From Bdellovibrionota bacterium (GTDB lineage Bacteria > Bdellovibrionota_C > UBA2361 > OMII01), in assembly GCA_044356215.1 (NCBI GenBank), contig JBIKWQ010000003.1, positions 953 through 64,952 on the forward strand: DNA of 64,000 nucleotides. Reading direction: 5' to 3'. Below are positions 30,266 to 39,984 of the stretch, piece by piece; the first letter of the stretch is position 1; each line of letters begins with the position of its first letter. The notes under the pieces were generated by a model. It ran no database searches and was not told the origin of the DNA. It saw only the letters and a list, made by a program, of their open reading frames with translations. The translations under genes were made by a program, and so were the position numbers.

Positions 30266-30379
30266 CCAGTGCGAATCGTAGGCACTGGCGAGAGGGAAGT
30301 CAACTTGTCACCTGTTGCGGTGAGCTTTCTTAGGGAAAAGCACCAAAACCTCGCTTACGCGATGTTTTGCCTCGCCTCC

Positions 30380-31372
30380 TTAGGAAAGCGCCCTTATTCG
30401 TTCAATAACCTGGGTCGCCTCATCAAAGCTCAAGGTCTGGGCCGCGTCTGATTTAGCCTGCTCCGGCTTCTCATGCACTTCGAGTAGGGTCGCGTCAGCT
30501 CCCGCTATGACCCCAGCTAGAGCCATTTGGGCGACGTATTTTCTCACCCCTACCCCATGCGATGGATCTACTACTACCGGCAGGTGAGACTTGTCTTTTA
30601 GATATGGCACAGCGTTTAGATCTAAAACATTTCTGTAAGCTTTCTCAAATGTTCTTATCCCCCTCTCGCACAATAAGATCTTTTCATTGCCGTTAGAGAA
30701 AATATACTCAGCCGACTGCAATAACTCCTCGAGAGTTCCAGACATGCCCCGTTTTAGGAGAACCGGCTTATCAACTCGGCCTAGAGCATCTAATAAAGTA
30801 AAGTTCTGAGAGTTGCGCGCCCCGACCTGGTACATATCCACATATGGATAGATCATATCGATCTGACTCGCGTCTAGAACCTCGGTTACGATCTTTATCC
30901 CATTTTCGCGGGCGATATCAGACCACATCTTGAGTCCCTCTAAACCCAAGCCCCTAAATGAATAGGGAGAACTACGGGGCTTGAACACTCCGCCACGCAT
31001 TATGCGGGCACCAACACTAACAAGATGAGACATGCTAGTTCTAACTTGAGCCTCTCCCTCAATTGAGCAAGGGCCAGCTATAACCTGATGCTCACCAGCG
31101 CCTATCAGCACTCCATCGCCTAGATCGATTACCGTAGGTTTTACTTTCCACTGCCGGGAGACCAACTGATAAGGGTCACGGACGTAGTGCACATCCTTAA
31201 CCCCCTCGAGCCCTCCGATGACGCGGATATCGAACTCTGCTCCCCCAACGTACACTAAATAAAACCCCTCTTGGGTATTCACTTTAGTAGCGGTTCCGCC
31301 GTAAGTGCTTAAAGCATCCCTAATATCTTGAACCTGCTTCTCTGTTGCCGATTTCTGTAAGGTAATAATCAT
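30380..31372 (-). CDS. 3-deoxy-7-phosphoheptulonate (DAHP) synthase, type I-beta with N-terminal regulatory domain
   Basis: It has KDSA/AroA(G)-family motifs (GPCSIE, KPRSSPYSFRG, VDPSHG) after a roughly 80-aa N-terminal ferredoxin-like domain. It starts 2 bp after the trpA stop. Confidence 0.85.
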   Translation of the reverse strand: MIITLQKSATEKQVQDIRDALSTYGGTATKVNTQEGFYLVYVGGAEFDIRVIGGLEGVKDVHYVRDPYQLVSRQWKVKPTVIDLGDGVLIGAGEHQVIAGPCSIEGEAQVRTSMSHLVSVGARIMRGGVFKPRSSPYSFRGLGLEGLKMWSDIARENGIKIVTEVLDASQIDMIYPYVDMYQVGARNSQNFTLLDALGRVDKPVLLKRGMSGTLEELLQSAEYIFSNGNEKILLCERGIRTFEKAYRNVLDLNAVPYLKDKSHLPVVVDPSHGVGVRKYVAQMALAGVIAGADATLLEVHEKPEQAKSDAAQTLSFDEATQVIERIRALS

Positions 31373-31374
31373 AG

Positions 31375-32178
31375 CTACCTAACACCCACAACAAACTCTC
31401 TTACTACAGCGCGCAGACCGGAGTCATCACTTCTAGCGCTATCAGTCGGCGAAGCCGCTACGGCACTTAGTGCTCTTGTAAAAGCACTTCCGATAATGGC
31501 ACCGTTAGTATGTCTAGTTACACTATTAAAAGTCTCTCTGTCTCGCACGCCAAATCCAACGATAAGTGGGCTTTTTAGCCCCATAGCGGCGACCCTTTGA
31601 AAGAAATCATCGCGCTCCTGTGTGACCGATACCGCGCCTCCTGTTACCGCGTCTGATGATAAGAGATAAAGGAAAGCCGGATCCTCCTGATCAAAAGCCT
31701 TTATTCGCTCAGGAGTTGTTCTAGTAGTCACAAGAAATACTGGTTTAACTCCGTGGCGTTTAAAAAGCGGTTTGTACTCACTCTGATACCGATCAAATGG
31801 CATATCTGGGATAATCGCTCCATCGATGCCACACCGCGCCGCGTCACTTAAAAAACTCTCAAACCCGTACTGTTCGACGGGATTAATGTATCCCATCAGT
31901 AAAAGGGGGATACTAGTAACAGCGCGAACCTCACTTAGCTGTTTAAAAAGCACCTTAAGAGACATGCCATTTTTTAAAGCTATCTGACTGCTCTCTTGAA
32001 TCGTTGGACCATCTGAAACCGGATCTGAGAAGGGGAAACCGATCTCGACAAGATCTACACCACTATCACTTAACGCTGATAGTATCGGTAACGTGTCATT
32101 TAAACGTGGATATCCTGCTGTAAAGAAAATTGAGAGCGCTTTCGCTTTAAGCGCGCTATTAAAACGATTCTCTGTCAT
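31375..32178 (-). CDS. trpA: tryptophan synthase alpha chain
   Basis: Motifs LVEIGFPFSDPVSDGPTIQ and GFGV match the TrpA fold. It is 267 aa. Confidence 0.9.
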   Translation of the reverse strand: MTENRFNSALKAKALSIFFTAGYPRLNDTLPILSALSDSGVDLVEIGFPFSDPVSDGPTIQESSQIALKNGMSLKVLFKQLSEVRAVTSIPLLLMGYINPVEQYGFESFLSDAARCGIDGAIIPDMPFDRYQSEYKPLFKRHGVKPVFLVTTRTTPERIKAFDQEDPAFLYLLSSDAVTGGAVSVTQERDDFFQRVAAMGLKSPLIVGFGVRDRETFNSVTRHTNGAIIGSAFTRALSAVAASPTDSARSDDSGLRAVVREFVVGVR

Positions 32179-32182
32179 AAAA

Positions 32183-33373
32183 CTACTCTCCTATGCTCTC
32201 ACCAAAGGCCTCAAGATAAGTCGCCATATCCTTATCACCGCGTCCAGATAGAATCACAACTAATCTATCTCCTTCTTTTAAGCCGAGGCGATCTAACGCC
32301 GCTATCGCATGAGCTGTCTCAAGAGCGGGGATAATCCCCTCACTTCTCGCTAGTAATTTAGCCCCCTCTAGCGCCTCTTTATCTGTAACGCTTAGGTACG
32401 TGACCCGGCCAGTTCTCCAGAGATAGGCGTGTTGCGGCCCGATACCTGGATAATCTAAGCCCGCTGAGATAGAGTGCGCCTCCTCAACTTGACCATCTTC
32501 GGTCTGCATAAATACCGTCTTACTTCCGTGCAGCACTCCTGGCTTACCAAGCGCCAAGGTCGCGGCGGATCTGCCGCTAGACACTCCGCAACCAGCCGCC
32601 TCTACACCGATTAACTTAATCTCTGGGTCCTCAACGCAGTGATAAAATCCCCCCATCGCGTTACTTCCACCACCGACACACGCGATCACATGTGTCGGTT
32701 TGAGACCACCATCTGCCATACATTGCGCAAGTAGCTCAGCGCTTATAACTGATTGAAAGCGCGCCACCATATCTGGAAAAGGATGTGGTCCCACAACAGA
32801 GCCTATTATGTAATGAGTGTCGTGAGGGTTAGCGATCCAATCACGCATCGCCTCGTTAGTAGCGTCTTTAAGGGTTCGACTGCCGCTATTTACTGCTCGC
32901 ACTTCAGCCCCTAGCAGACGCATCCGGGCCACATTTAAAGCCTGGCGCGCCATATCTACAGCACCCATATACACAACACACGGTAGCCCCATTAACGCGC
33001 AAACTGTAGCGGTCGCTACGCCGTGTTGACCCGCTCCTGTCTCGGCGATAATTCTGGACCTTCCTAGCCTCTTAGCTAGGAGGATCTGCCCTATAGTATT
33101 GTTGATCTTGTGGGCTCCCGTGTGCAGAAGATCCTCGCGTTTTAAAAGGATCTCGGCTCCGAATCGTTCGGATAGATTCTTGGCCTTAAACAGCGGGGTG
33201 GGTCGTCCGGCGAAATTTTTTAGTAGATCATCTAACTCTGCTTTAAAATCAGGCCTCTCAATTATTGAGAGGTAGCGCTGCTGTAGCTCACGCACATTCG
33301 GGTACAACATCTCCGGTACGTAAGCCCCACCAAAATCACCAAAATATCCATCGTCACTTACCTGTAGCTTCAT
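32183..33373 (-). CDS. trpB: tryptophan synthase beta chain
   Basis: It has the PLP-lysine region LLHTGAHKINN, the GGGSNAMG loop and the HGSKT motif. It is 396 aa. Confidence 0.95.
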   Translation of the reverse strand: MKLQVSDDGYFGDFGGAYVPEMLYPNVRELQQRYLSIIERPDFKAELDDLLKNFAGRPTPLFKAKNLSERFGAEILLKREDLLHTGAHKINNTIGQILLAKRLGRSRIIAETGAGQHGVATATVCALMGLPCVVYMGAVDMARQALNVARMRLLGAEVRAVNSGSRTLKDATNEAMRDWIANPHDTHYIIGSVVGPHPFPDMVARFQSVISAELLAQCMADGGLKPTHVIACVGGGSNAMGGFYHCVEDPEIKLIGVEAAGCGVSSGRSAATLALGKPGVLHGSKTVFMQTEDGQVEEAHSISAGLDYPGIGPQHAYLWRTGRVTYLSVTDKEALEGAKLLARSEGIIPALETAHAIAALDRLGLKEGDRLVVILSGRGDKDMATYLEAFGESIGE

Positions 33374-33999
33374 ACCTTCCTCATTACATCTTTAACTAAC
33401 TGTAGCGATTTCACGCCTGGCGAGACCTCAACCCTAGAATTTATATCGATTCCAAGAAGCATCGAGTATTTATTAGCCAGCAACTTAACTTTATCGATGC
33501 TCGATGGGCCGATTCCACCAGCCAAAAAAAATGGGGTATCGCCTCTATACTTTGCTAGTTGGTCCCAGTTAAAACTCTCGCCGCTTCCTGGCTTAAAGCC
33601 GTCAAATATATAGAGGTCAGCTCCTTTAGGTGGTGATACTAACTCAGATCCGCTCTCTCCTACCGAAATAGCCTTAAAGATCTGACAGCTTGGTATAGCG
33701 CGCTTACAATCTGCGATATACAAACTATCCTCACTGCCGTGTAGCTGAACCGCCCAGAGCCGATACCTGCGCGCCGCAGCCTCTATTTCCTCTATATCGG
33801 TATCGCGAAACACACCGACTGTCCTAATAGTGGAGGGGATCCCCTGTAAAAGCGCGTCTCGCTTCTCTGCGGCCACGTACCTTGGGCTCTCAGGAACAAA
33901 TACAAAACCCAGATAATCCGCACCCGCGGCGGAAACCTCTTTAGAGTTCTCCAGATCACGCATTCCGCAAACTTTTACTAAGAGTCGCCTCGTTCTCAT
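33370..33999 (-). CDS. trpF: phosphoribosylanthranilate isomerase
   Basis: It starts KVCGMRDLENS, carries LAGGIGP, and is 209 aa. It overlaps trpB and trpC in operon fashion. Confidence 0.85.
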   Translation of the reverse strand: MRTRRLLVKVCGMRDLENSKEVSAAGADYLGFVFVPESPRYVAAEKRDALLQGIPSTIRTVGVFRDTDIEEIEAAARRYRLWAVQLHGSEDSLYIADCKRAIPSCQIFKAISVGESGSELVSPPKGADLYIFDGFKPGSGESFNWDQLAKYRGDTPFFLAGGIGPSSIDKVKLLANKYSMLLGIDINSRVEVSPGVKSLQLVKDVMRKV

Positions 34000-34814
34000 C
34001 TGATTTGCGCGCCCGCCCCTAAAAGAGATTCAGCCCGCGCGATAAACCTCGCGCACGCCTCCTGCGGTTCACCTTCTCGCATAAAGGTTTCTCCGATTAA
34101 AAAGCCTTTAAATCCGGCTTTTTTAAGCGCTACCAGGTCTTCTGGTTTTGAGATCCCACTTTCCGCCACTGCTACAGTAGTTTTTGGTATCTCAGATATT
34201 AATTGATGACTTAGGTCTATCGAGACATTAAAAGTCTTTAAGTCACGATTGTTCACGCCGACAAGAGATATCTCTTCACTAAAATGAGATTCAAGCTCTA
34301 CTTTCGAGTGCACCTCTAAAAGAACCTCTAATCCTAGTGAGCGAGCTTGCCGCGCCAACACCCCGCACTCTTTAGGTGTCAATGCGGCGGCGATTAGCAG
34401 GACAACATCAGCCCCGATCGCTTTAGCTTCAACTATCTGATACTCATCGATGATAAAATCTTTCCGCAGGATCGGCGCATAGTTGCACTTACGAGCTATC
34501 TTCAGATCCGCTGAGCTACCCCCAAAATACTCCTTGTCTGTTAAGACTGAGAGCGCGGAGGCCCCGGCCTGCATATACCCGATCGATATATCCTCTACTG
34601 ATATATGCTCTCGAATAACCCCCTTTGAAGGGGAACGTCTCTTTATCTCCGCTATGACTCCAACCAGATCTTCGCGACTTAAGTAGTGGCTTAAAGATAC
34701 AACTGGACTACTAAAATATATCTCTCGCTCAAGTAGCTTAGTGGGGAAAAGCTCTCTGCGCTCAAGCACCTCTCGTTTCTTAGTCGCTATAATCTTCTCT
34801 AAAATATTACTCAT
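33996..34814 (-). CDS. trpC: indole-3-glycerol phosphate synthase
   Basis: It has EIKRRSPSKG, ILRKDFIIDEYQI and VLLIAAAL motifs. It is 272 aa. Confidence 0.9.
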   Translation of the reverse strand: MSNILEKIIATKKREVLERRELFPTKLLEREIYFSSPVVSLSHYLSREDLVGVIAEIKRRSPSKGVIREHISVEDISIGYMQAGASALSVLTDKEYFGGSSADLKIARKCNYAPILRKDFIIDEYQIVEAKAIGADVVLLIAAALTPKECGVLARQARSLGLEVLLEVHSKVELESHFSEEISLVGVNNRDLKTFNVSIDLSHQLISEIPKTTVAVAESGISKPEDLVALKKAGFKGFLIGETFMREGEPQEACARFIARAESLLGAGAQIR

Positions 34815-34820
34815 AACTCT

Positions 34821-35816
34821 TTAAAGCTCCTGACATCTCCGCAACACCTTCAAGGCTCTTCCGGAATTTATTGACTCCTCGGCTATAGCTAAACACTCAC
34901 TGAGATTGCCTCTAGCTCCTTGATAGAACCAGATGGCGGATCCCGCATTAGCGACGACACACGATTTTTGGGCCCGATCAGAGGAATTTCTTAAGATACC
35001 CTCAATCAATTTGGCGCTTTCTATCGCTGAGGTTGGAGCGGCAATCTGAGCCGGAGATAATTTTGGACTACTCAAGTCACCTGGTCTAAGCTCAAAAGAT
35101 CCCGAAGAGGAAACTACTCTTGCTGTATCAGTAAGAGACAGCTCATCGTATCCATCTAAAGAATGAACTACTGCGAACTTTTTGTTTCTGCGATTAAGTA
35201 GGTAGCCATATAGCCTTTGAAGCTCAAGATTGTATACGCCAGTATATTGAAAATCGATCGTGGCCGGATTGATTAGTGGCCCAAGGGCATTAAATACCGT
35301 GCGAAATCCCAACTCTTTGCGAACTGGCGCCAAGCTCCTAAAAGCCTGATTAAATAGCAGAGCGTGGATAAAGCACACCCCAGCTTCTGCTAGGGATCGT
35401 TTAAGATGTTCCTGTTCTCCAGAAAGCTTAATCCCTAAAGCCTCCAATACATTTGAGGAGCCGCATGATGATGAGACTGCTATATTACCGTGCTTTGCTA
35501 CTTTATAGCCCGCGCCCGCGACAACAAAGGCCGCTGTCGTAGAGATGTTAAACGAGCTTTTTCCGTCACCACCCGTTCCGCACATGTCGATTAGCTCAGC
35601 GCAATCTAAATCAATAGGTGTAGCCAATTCAGCCGCTGCTGCTGAAAATCCATCAAGCAGATCGACGTCTAACCCCCGGGTAGCTAATGCTGTTAGTAGC
35701 GCCGCTAGATATGTTTCTGTGTAGCGACCGCTGGCGATGGCTAACATAAGCTCGCGGCTCTCAGCTACGGAGAGTCGTCTACCTGCGACTATCTCTTTAA
35801 GCGATACTAAACTCAT
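34821..35816 (-). CDS. trpD: anthranilate phosphoribosyltransferase
   Basis: It has CGTGGDG and KHGN.AVSS motifs. It is 331 aa. Confidence 0.9.
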   Translation of the reverse strand: MSLVSLKEIVAGRRLSVAESRELMLAIASGRYTETYLAALLTALATRGLDVDLLDGFSAAAAELATPIDLDCAELIDMCGTGGDGKSSFNISTTAAFVVAGAGYKVAKHGNIAVSSSCGSSNVLEALGIKLSGEQEHLKRSLAEAGVCFIHALLFNQAFRSLAPVRKELGFRTVFNALGPLINPATIDFQYTGVYNLELQRLYGYLLNRRNKKFAVVHSLDGYDELSLTDTARVVSSSGSFELRPGDLSSPKLSPAQIAAPTSAIESAKLIEGILRNSSDRAQKSCVVANAGSAIWFYQGARGNLSECLAIAEESINSGRALKVLRRCQEL

Positions 35817-36391
35817 AATGCCGCGATCCGCTCTATTATCTGAGCCCCTAGCGGCGTCAGAATAGATTCAGGGTGAAACTGAACACCATACACTCTATGG
35901 ACTCTATGCCTAAGCGCCATGATCAGACCCGAATCATCTTCTGCTGTAATCTGAAGTTCATTAGTGGGAAAATCCTCTTTATCGACTACCCAGGAGTGAT
36001 AGCGGCCAACGTCGAATCTCTCGGGAAGCTCACCTAAAATAGGATCATCTTTAAAGAAACGTTTAATCGATGTTGCTTTACCGTGAACAGGTGAGGCGAT
36101 ATTTCTCAGTTTGGCCCCATAAATCTCTCCGATGCACTGGTGACCCAAACAAACCCCAAATATCGTCTTCGTCGCACCAAAGCTACGAACTATATCAGGC
36201 ATCAATCCCGCTTCCATCGGTATCCCCGGCCCCGGCGAGAGAACGATCTTTTTAAAAGGCTCCACATCGGCGAGCGCAAGTTGATCATTTCTCTTAACGT
36301 GAACATTGACGTTACCCACACCCCGCAGCATGTGCACCAGGTTATAAGTAAATGAGTCGTAGTTATCTATTAGCAGGATCTCTTGCATCAC
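35813..36391 (-). CDS. trpG: anthranilate synthase component II (glutamine amidotransferase)
   Basis: It has the class I amidotransferase triad (GVCLGHQ, then the His at HPES). It is 192 aa. Confidence 0.9.
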   Translation of the reverse strand: MMQEILLIDNYDSFTYNLVHMLRGVGNVNVHVKRNDQLALADVEPFKKIVLSPGPGIPMEAGLMPDIVRSFGATKTIFGVCLGHQCIGEIYGAKLRNIASPVHGKATSIKRFFKDDPILGELPERFDVGRYHSWVVDKEDFPTNELQITAEDDSGLIMALRHRVHRVYGVQFHPESILTPLGAQIIERIAAL

Positions 36392-37827
36392 AGCACCTCT
36401 CCCCTTGTCGCGCTCTCCGCCTTATCTATAGCTAATCTAAGCGCCCTAAGCTTTATATGAGCCTCAGCCAATTCAGATTCCGGTTTTGAATCAAAGACGA
36501 TCCCCATTCCCGCTTGATACGCTAGTGTTTGACCGACACTTAAGAAAGATCGGATCATAATCCCAAGTACCACATCACCATTAAAGCCGATAAATCCAAC
36601 ACAGCCGCCGTAGTGACCACGCCCGTGGGGCTCAATTCGATCAAGTATAGTCATAGCGCTGTGCTTTGGAGCGCCTGAAAGAGTCCCTATCGGGAAGGTG
36701 TCACATATGACTCTTAGTACCGTCTCTACAGATCGGTCCGGAAGATTACCTAAAACTTTTGATACTAGATGAATTAGGTGCGAATAGAAGTGCGTCTCGC
36801 GATACGCTGCCACTCTTACCTCATTTGCGTAACGACTGAGATCGTTCCGCGCGAGATCTACAAGCATCGAGTGCTCGGCGTTCTCTTTCGGATCCTCTAA
36901 AAGGCGCTTAGCCTCTCTTAGATCTAGCTCATCATCACCACTTTTCTGGTATGTGCCAGCTATTGGGAATATTCCGGCGACCCCTTCGGTGATTGAGATC
37001 TGCGCCTCTGGCGACGAACCGATTAAGCGGTAAGAGCCGTAATCACAGTAAAAGAGATAAGGAGATGGGTTTATTGATCGAAGCGCCCGATAAACCTGAA
37101 AGTCATCTCCCTCGTATCTCCGTAGATAACGCCTGGATGGCACAATCTGAAACACATCCCCGCGGGCTATGTGGCGTTTGCAGGAATTGATGAGACCAAG
37201 AAAGTCCTGGTCACTCTGTACCGACACCTCATCACCCACGACTTTAAATGGATAAACCCGCGCGTCCCCGGTGAAAGCGGCTCTAATAAACTCCTCACGA
37301 GCTCGGCGTGTATCAGAATTATCTTGAGTTGTGTTCTCGAGTACATACGCCTCACCCTTGAATGGATTACACGCAATCACGTAACGGAAGAGTGAGAAGT
37401 GTGCGTCTGACACCTCGAATCCATCTGGCGCCTTAGCTGTAAATTTTATCTGCTCAAGATATGGGATCGCTGACCAGGAGATATGTCCAAAAACTCCGGG
37501 AGTAACTCCCTTAGGGATATCTCTATTAGAGGTATCTACCTCAATACCACGCATAAATCCGCCAAGAGCTTTTGCCAGGCCAGTTGCTGGCTCAATCTCA
37601 AACTTCACCTCTTCATTGTCCTCATAGCGAATCGAGCAGCTTCCCTTATCGATTACACATTCAGCGATCGGATCACAGCAGATAAACGAGCGGCAATCTC
37701 CAGGACCGTGATAATCCGAACTCTCGAACAAAAAGACTCGTGAGTAGCGGTCCCTTAGTCGGAGATAAATAGCGGCAGGCGTGGTTAAATCGAGGGGAAC
37801 TGTCGTGAAAGATGGGGAGATACGCAT
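36388..37827 (-). CDS. trpE: anthranilate synthase component I
   Basis: It has the chorismate-binding C-terminal domain (SPE..I.I.R, GAPK, GGCVGF). It is 479 aa with ATG at 37827. Confidence 0.9.
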   Translation of the reverse strand: MRISPSFTTVPLDLTTPAAIYLRLRDRYSRVFLFESSDYHGPGDCRSFICCDPIAECVIDKGSCSIRYEDNEEVKFEIEPATGLAKALGGFMRGIEVDTSNRDIPKGVTPGVFGHISWSAIPYLEQIKFTAKAPDGFEVSDAHFSLFRYVIACNPFKGEAYVLENTTQDNSDTRRAREEFIRAAFTGDARVYPFKVVGDEVSVQSDQDFLGLINSCKRHIARGDVFQIVPSRRYLRRYEGDDFQVYRALRSINPSPYLFYCDYGSYRLIGSSPEAQISITEGVAGIFPIAGTYQKSGDDELDLREAKRLLEDPKENAEHSMLVDLARNDLSRYANEVRVAAYRETHFYSHLIHLVSKVLGNLPDRSVETVLRVICDTFPIGTLSGAPKHSAMTILDRIEPHGRGHYGGCVGFIGFNGDVVLGIMIRSFLSVGQTLAYQAGMGIVFDSKPESELAEAHIKLRALRLAIDKAESATRGEVL

Positions 37828-38016
37828 AAAATATAAGCCAGGTTAGGACCAGTAGAATAAAAAGAGTAGCTAAAAAATATGAGGCGCCGGGAATATGTAG
37901 GGGCTAGGCCCACCAGGAGTGGGATGAGATATTGCCCCATTGGGACTTATTTTTATGAGCTTTTGCTGGCTGAACACTCATTTTTATAAGATACCTGGAG
38001 TTACAACGCTGGTCAA
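37828..38016 (-). promoter_or_regulatory. trp promoter and attenuator region
   Basis: A -35 TTGACC (38016-38011), a 17-nt spacer and a -10 TATCTT (37993-37988) lie 6 nt before the leader ATG, which implies a leaderless transcript. The trp-codon hairpin is CCCAC-uccug-GUGGG. A U6 tract (37876-37871) is followed by a second U5 tract before trpE. Confidence 0.5.
37904..37981 (-). CDS. trpL: trp operon leader peptide (25 aa, tandem Trp codons at the C-terminus)
   Basis: The minus strand reads ATG AGT GTT CAG CCA GCA AAA GCT CAT AAA AAT AAG TCC CAA TGG GGC AAT ATC TCA TCC CAC TCC TGG TGG GCC TAG, which is MSVQPAKAHKNKSQWGNISSHSWWA. It ends 77 nt upstream of trpE. A U6 run follows. Confidence 0.6.
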   Translation of the reverse strand: MSVQPAKAHKNKSQWGNISSHSWWA

Positions 38017-38022
38017 GAAATA

Positions 38023-39459
38023 TTAGGGGATGTCTTCTAGGAGCTTTAACAGGGAGCGAAATTTTATTAGGGGGCTATTGTGGCTCTCCAGATATGAAGC
38101 GGCTTTATCATCACTAAAAGGAGCATTTAAATCATCCCATATTGGCCAAATCAGCGATTTATACATGTGAACAGCCGCCGCTCTCATCGCTAAATGCTTT
38201 AGCTCCTCTCTTTGCTGAGGACCTTTCTCATATCCATTCATGAAACTATCAAATAGGCTTAAGTCTATCTCCCCATTCCTTGGCCATCTGCTCCAAATAT
38301 ATAGTATCCATCCTAGCATTACAGGCTCTGGAACGATCGCAACCCTTTCTAAATCCAGCATCGCTACTCTGCCGGAACCATTATTTCTATCGTACTGCCA
38401 GTTTCCTAAATGCGGATCTGAATGAGTCAAACAACACCTGTGATTCAGATTAAATGTATCTTCATACCAACTACATAATCTCGTGAAATTATGAGTATTA
38501 AAATTTAAGAGCTTGAGCGTGGCTTTTAGCTGCGGAGATCCTGACAGCTCCCGATTCAGCAACTCCTCTTCGTGGCTAAAGAGTCTTGCGACTGTCGCGC
38601 CTATTTTTCCTCCGCTGACGGTATTGCCTGTAAAGCCATCACTCGACACATATCCGAGACCTTCCACTTTTATATCAGCAATGCGCCGCATGAGTTCACC
38701 GGCTTTGCGCACAGCGCTGTGTAAAAGGCTCGCGTCTTCATCGCTCTTAGTGTTTTCAGCTCTTAGCAAGATCGCTCTAATCGTCTCTCCAGGTGCAAAA
38801 GTAAAAAAAGTATGCAAAAAAGGGGCGCTAGTAATCAGCTTACAATCGATCTGATCATGCACCCCATGCTGCTTAAAAAACTTTGATATCCTGTATCTCT
38901 GCTTGAGGCGCTCAAAGCTATCAGACTCAGATTTCTTGGCAACTAGCGCCACTATCTGCGACCTATCATCCCGTAATGCCCAGAAACTCATACCTTCGCC
39001 AATGATCTTGAAATCTAACGGTGACTCGTCCTGACTCCTAATAACGCCCCCTGGCAGCACCCTTTTACTAGTTACTTTAAGCAACTCATTTAGGGCCTTC
39101 TCGCGGAAATTATTGAAGCCGCCTCTTAGCTCGGTATTGTCCTTTAATGAGCCCCTCTTCAGCTCCGAGTCCATCGCCGCCAGGCTCAGCGGGAGTTCAT
39201 AAAGCGCCTGCTCGCATCCTTCTCCCGCGTCTGATATCAGATCTATTTTATCCAATACCCTGACTAAAAGCCGCTGCAACGGAGAATCTTGAGCATGTGC
39301 ACCAACAAACTCTTCCAAAGCCTTTCGAGTTAAAGCTACATCTGCAGCTAAACCTCTAAAGCTATTCTTTAAAAATGACTGTGGAGACAACCTACGCTGC
39401 TCATTTTCTAAATGGGGTATGAAGTCCGGTCTTACACCCGAACGCTGATCGAACGCCAT
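38023..39459 (-). CDS. protein-kinase-like fold phosphotransferase (APH/ChoK-type), function unknown
   Basis: 478 aa. It has a catalytic-loop-like THSDPHLGNW (HxDxxxxN) followed by LDLE (DxE metal site), and a helical N-terminal region. Confidence 0.5.
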   Translation of the reverse strand: MAFDQRSGVRPDFIPHLENEQRRLSPQSFLKNSFRGLAADVALTRKALEEFVGAHAQDSPLQRLLVRVLDKIDLISDAGEGCEQALYELPLSLAAMDSELKRGSLKDNTELRGGFNNFREKALNELLKVTSKRVLPGGVIRSQDESPLDFKIIGEGMSFWALRDDRSQIVALVAKKSESDSFERLKQRYRISKFFKQHGVHDQIDCKLITSAPFLHTFFTFAPGETIRAILLRAENTKSDEDASLLHSAVRKAGELMRRIADIKVEGLGYVSSDGFTGNTVSGGKIGATVARLFSHEEELLNRELSGSPQLKATLKLLNFNTHNFTRLCSWYEDTFNLNHRCCLTHSDPHLGNWQYDRNNGSGRVAMLDLERVAIVPEPVMLGWILYIWSRWPRNGEIDLSLFDSFMNGYEKGPQQREELKHLAMRAAAVHMYKSLIWPIWDDLNAPFSDDKAASYLESHNSPLIKFRSLLKLLEDIP

Positions 39460-39603
39460 AATCCACAGAAGCTCAAAAAATACACGCTCTCTGCTTCATT
39501 CTCGCGCTCTTTTTAATACTAATCAAAATTTCTGTGTCGGGTTTAGGGCGTCCTAGACCTTATGAGGGTGGGATAGTTTGTTTTGGATCTAAACACTACG
39601 CAG

Positions 39604-39975
39604 GTGATTTTTGAAAAAATCACTCGCAATAGCAGGGCGAGCGCAATCTTGGCGCCTGCAGATCAGTAGTAGCCCATTTGCGTCGTAAAAGACAAAAAAC
39701 ACTCGAGCCGCAGCGCAGGACTATCTAGTCGTTGAAAGGCGTAAGACTATTGGTGTGTGGGTCGATTTTTAAACGGACAGGAACGCAAATTACTGGCAAA
39801 AGAGCTACGGCTTGAGCGCTATGCGTGCTTCTTGAGATAGAATTAAGTGCATATTTCTGCTCGACGCCTTCACACGCTCGGCACGTAGGAGTTTGTTGTC
39901 TTCTACGGCTCAACTTGGCTCCGCCAAGATTGCGCTCGCCCAGCTATCCTAATTCATTTTTTTCAAAAATGAATT
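39604..39975. repeat. approximately 370-bp element bounded by roughly 50-bp inverted repeats (MITE-like); each arm is an A/T palindrome plus GGGCGAGCGCAATCTTGGCG
   Basis: An exact 20-mer inverted repeat lies at 39636-39655 and 39921-39940. The adjacent ATTTTTGAAAAAAT-containing palindromes are GTGATTTTTGAAAAAATCAC at 39604-39623 and CCTAATTCATTTTTTTCAAAAATGAATTAGG at 39945-39975. The arms are about 75% identical over about 50 bp. Confidence 0.45.
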
Positions 39976-39984
39976 AGGCTGGGT

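Noticed and set aside
5408-30373. A shared 13-mer, CGATGTTTTGCCT, at 5408-5420 and 30361-30373, considered as a dispersed repeat
   Set aside because: Dozens of 13-mer coincidences are expected by chance in 64 kb on both strands. The flanks do not extend the match convincingly.
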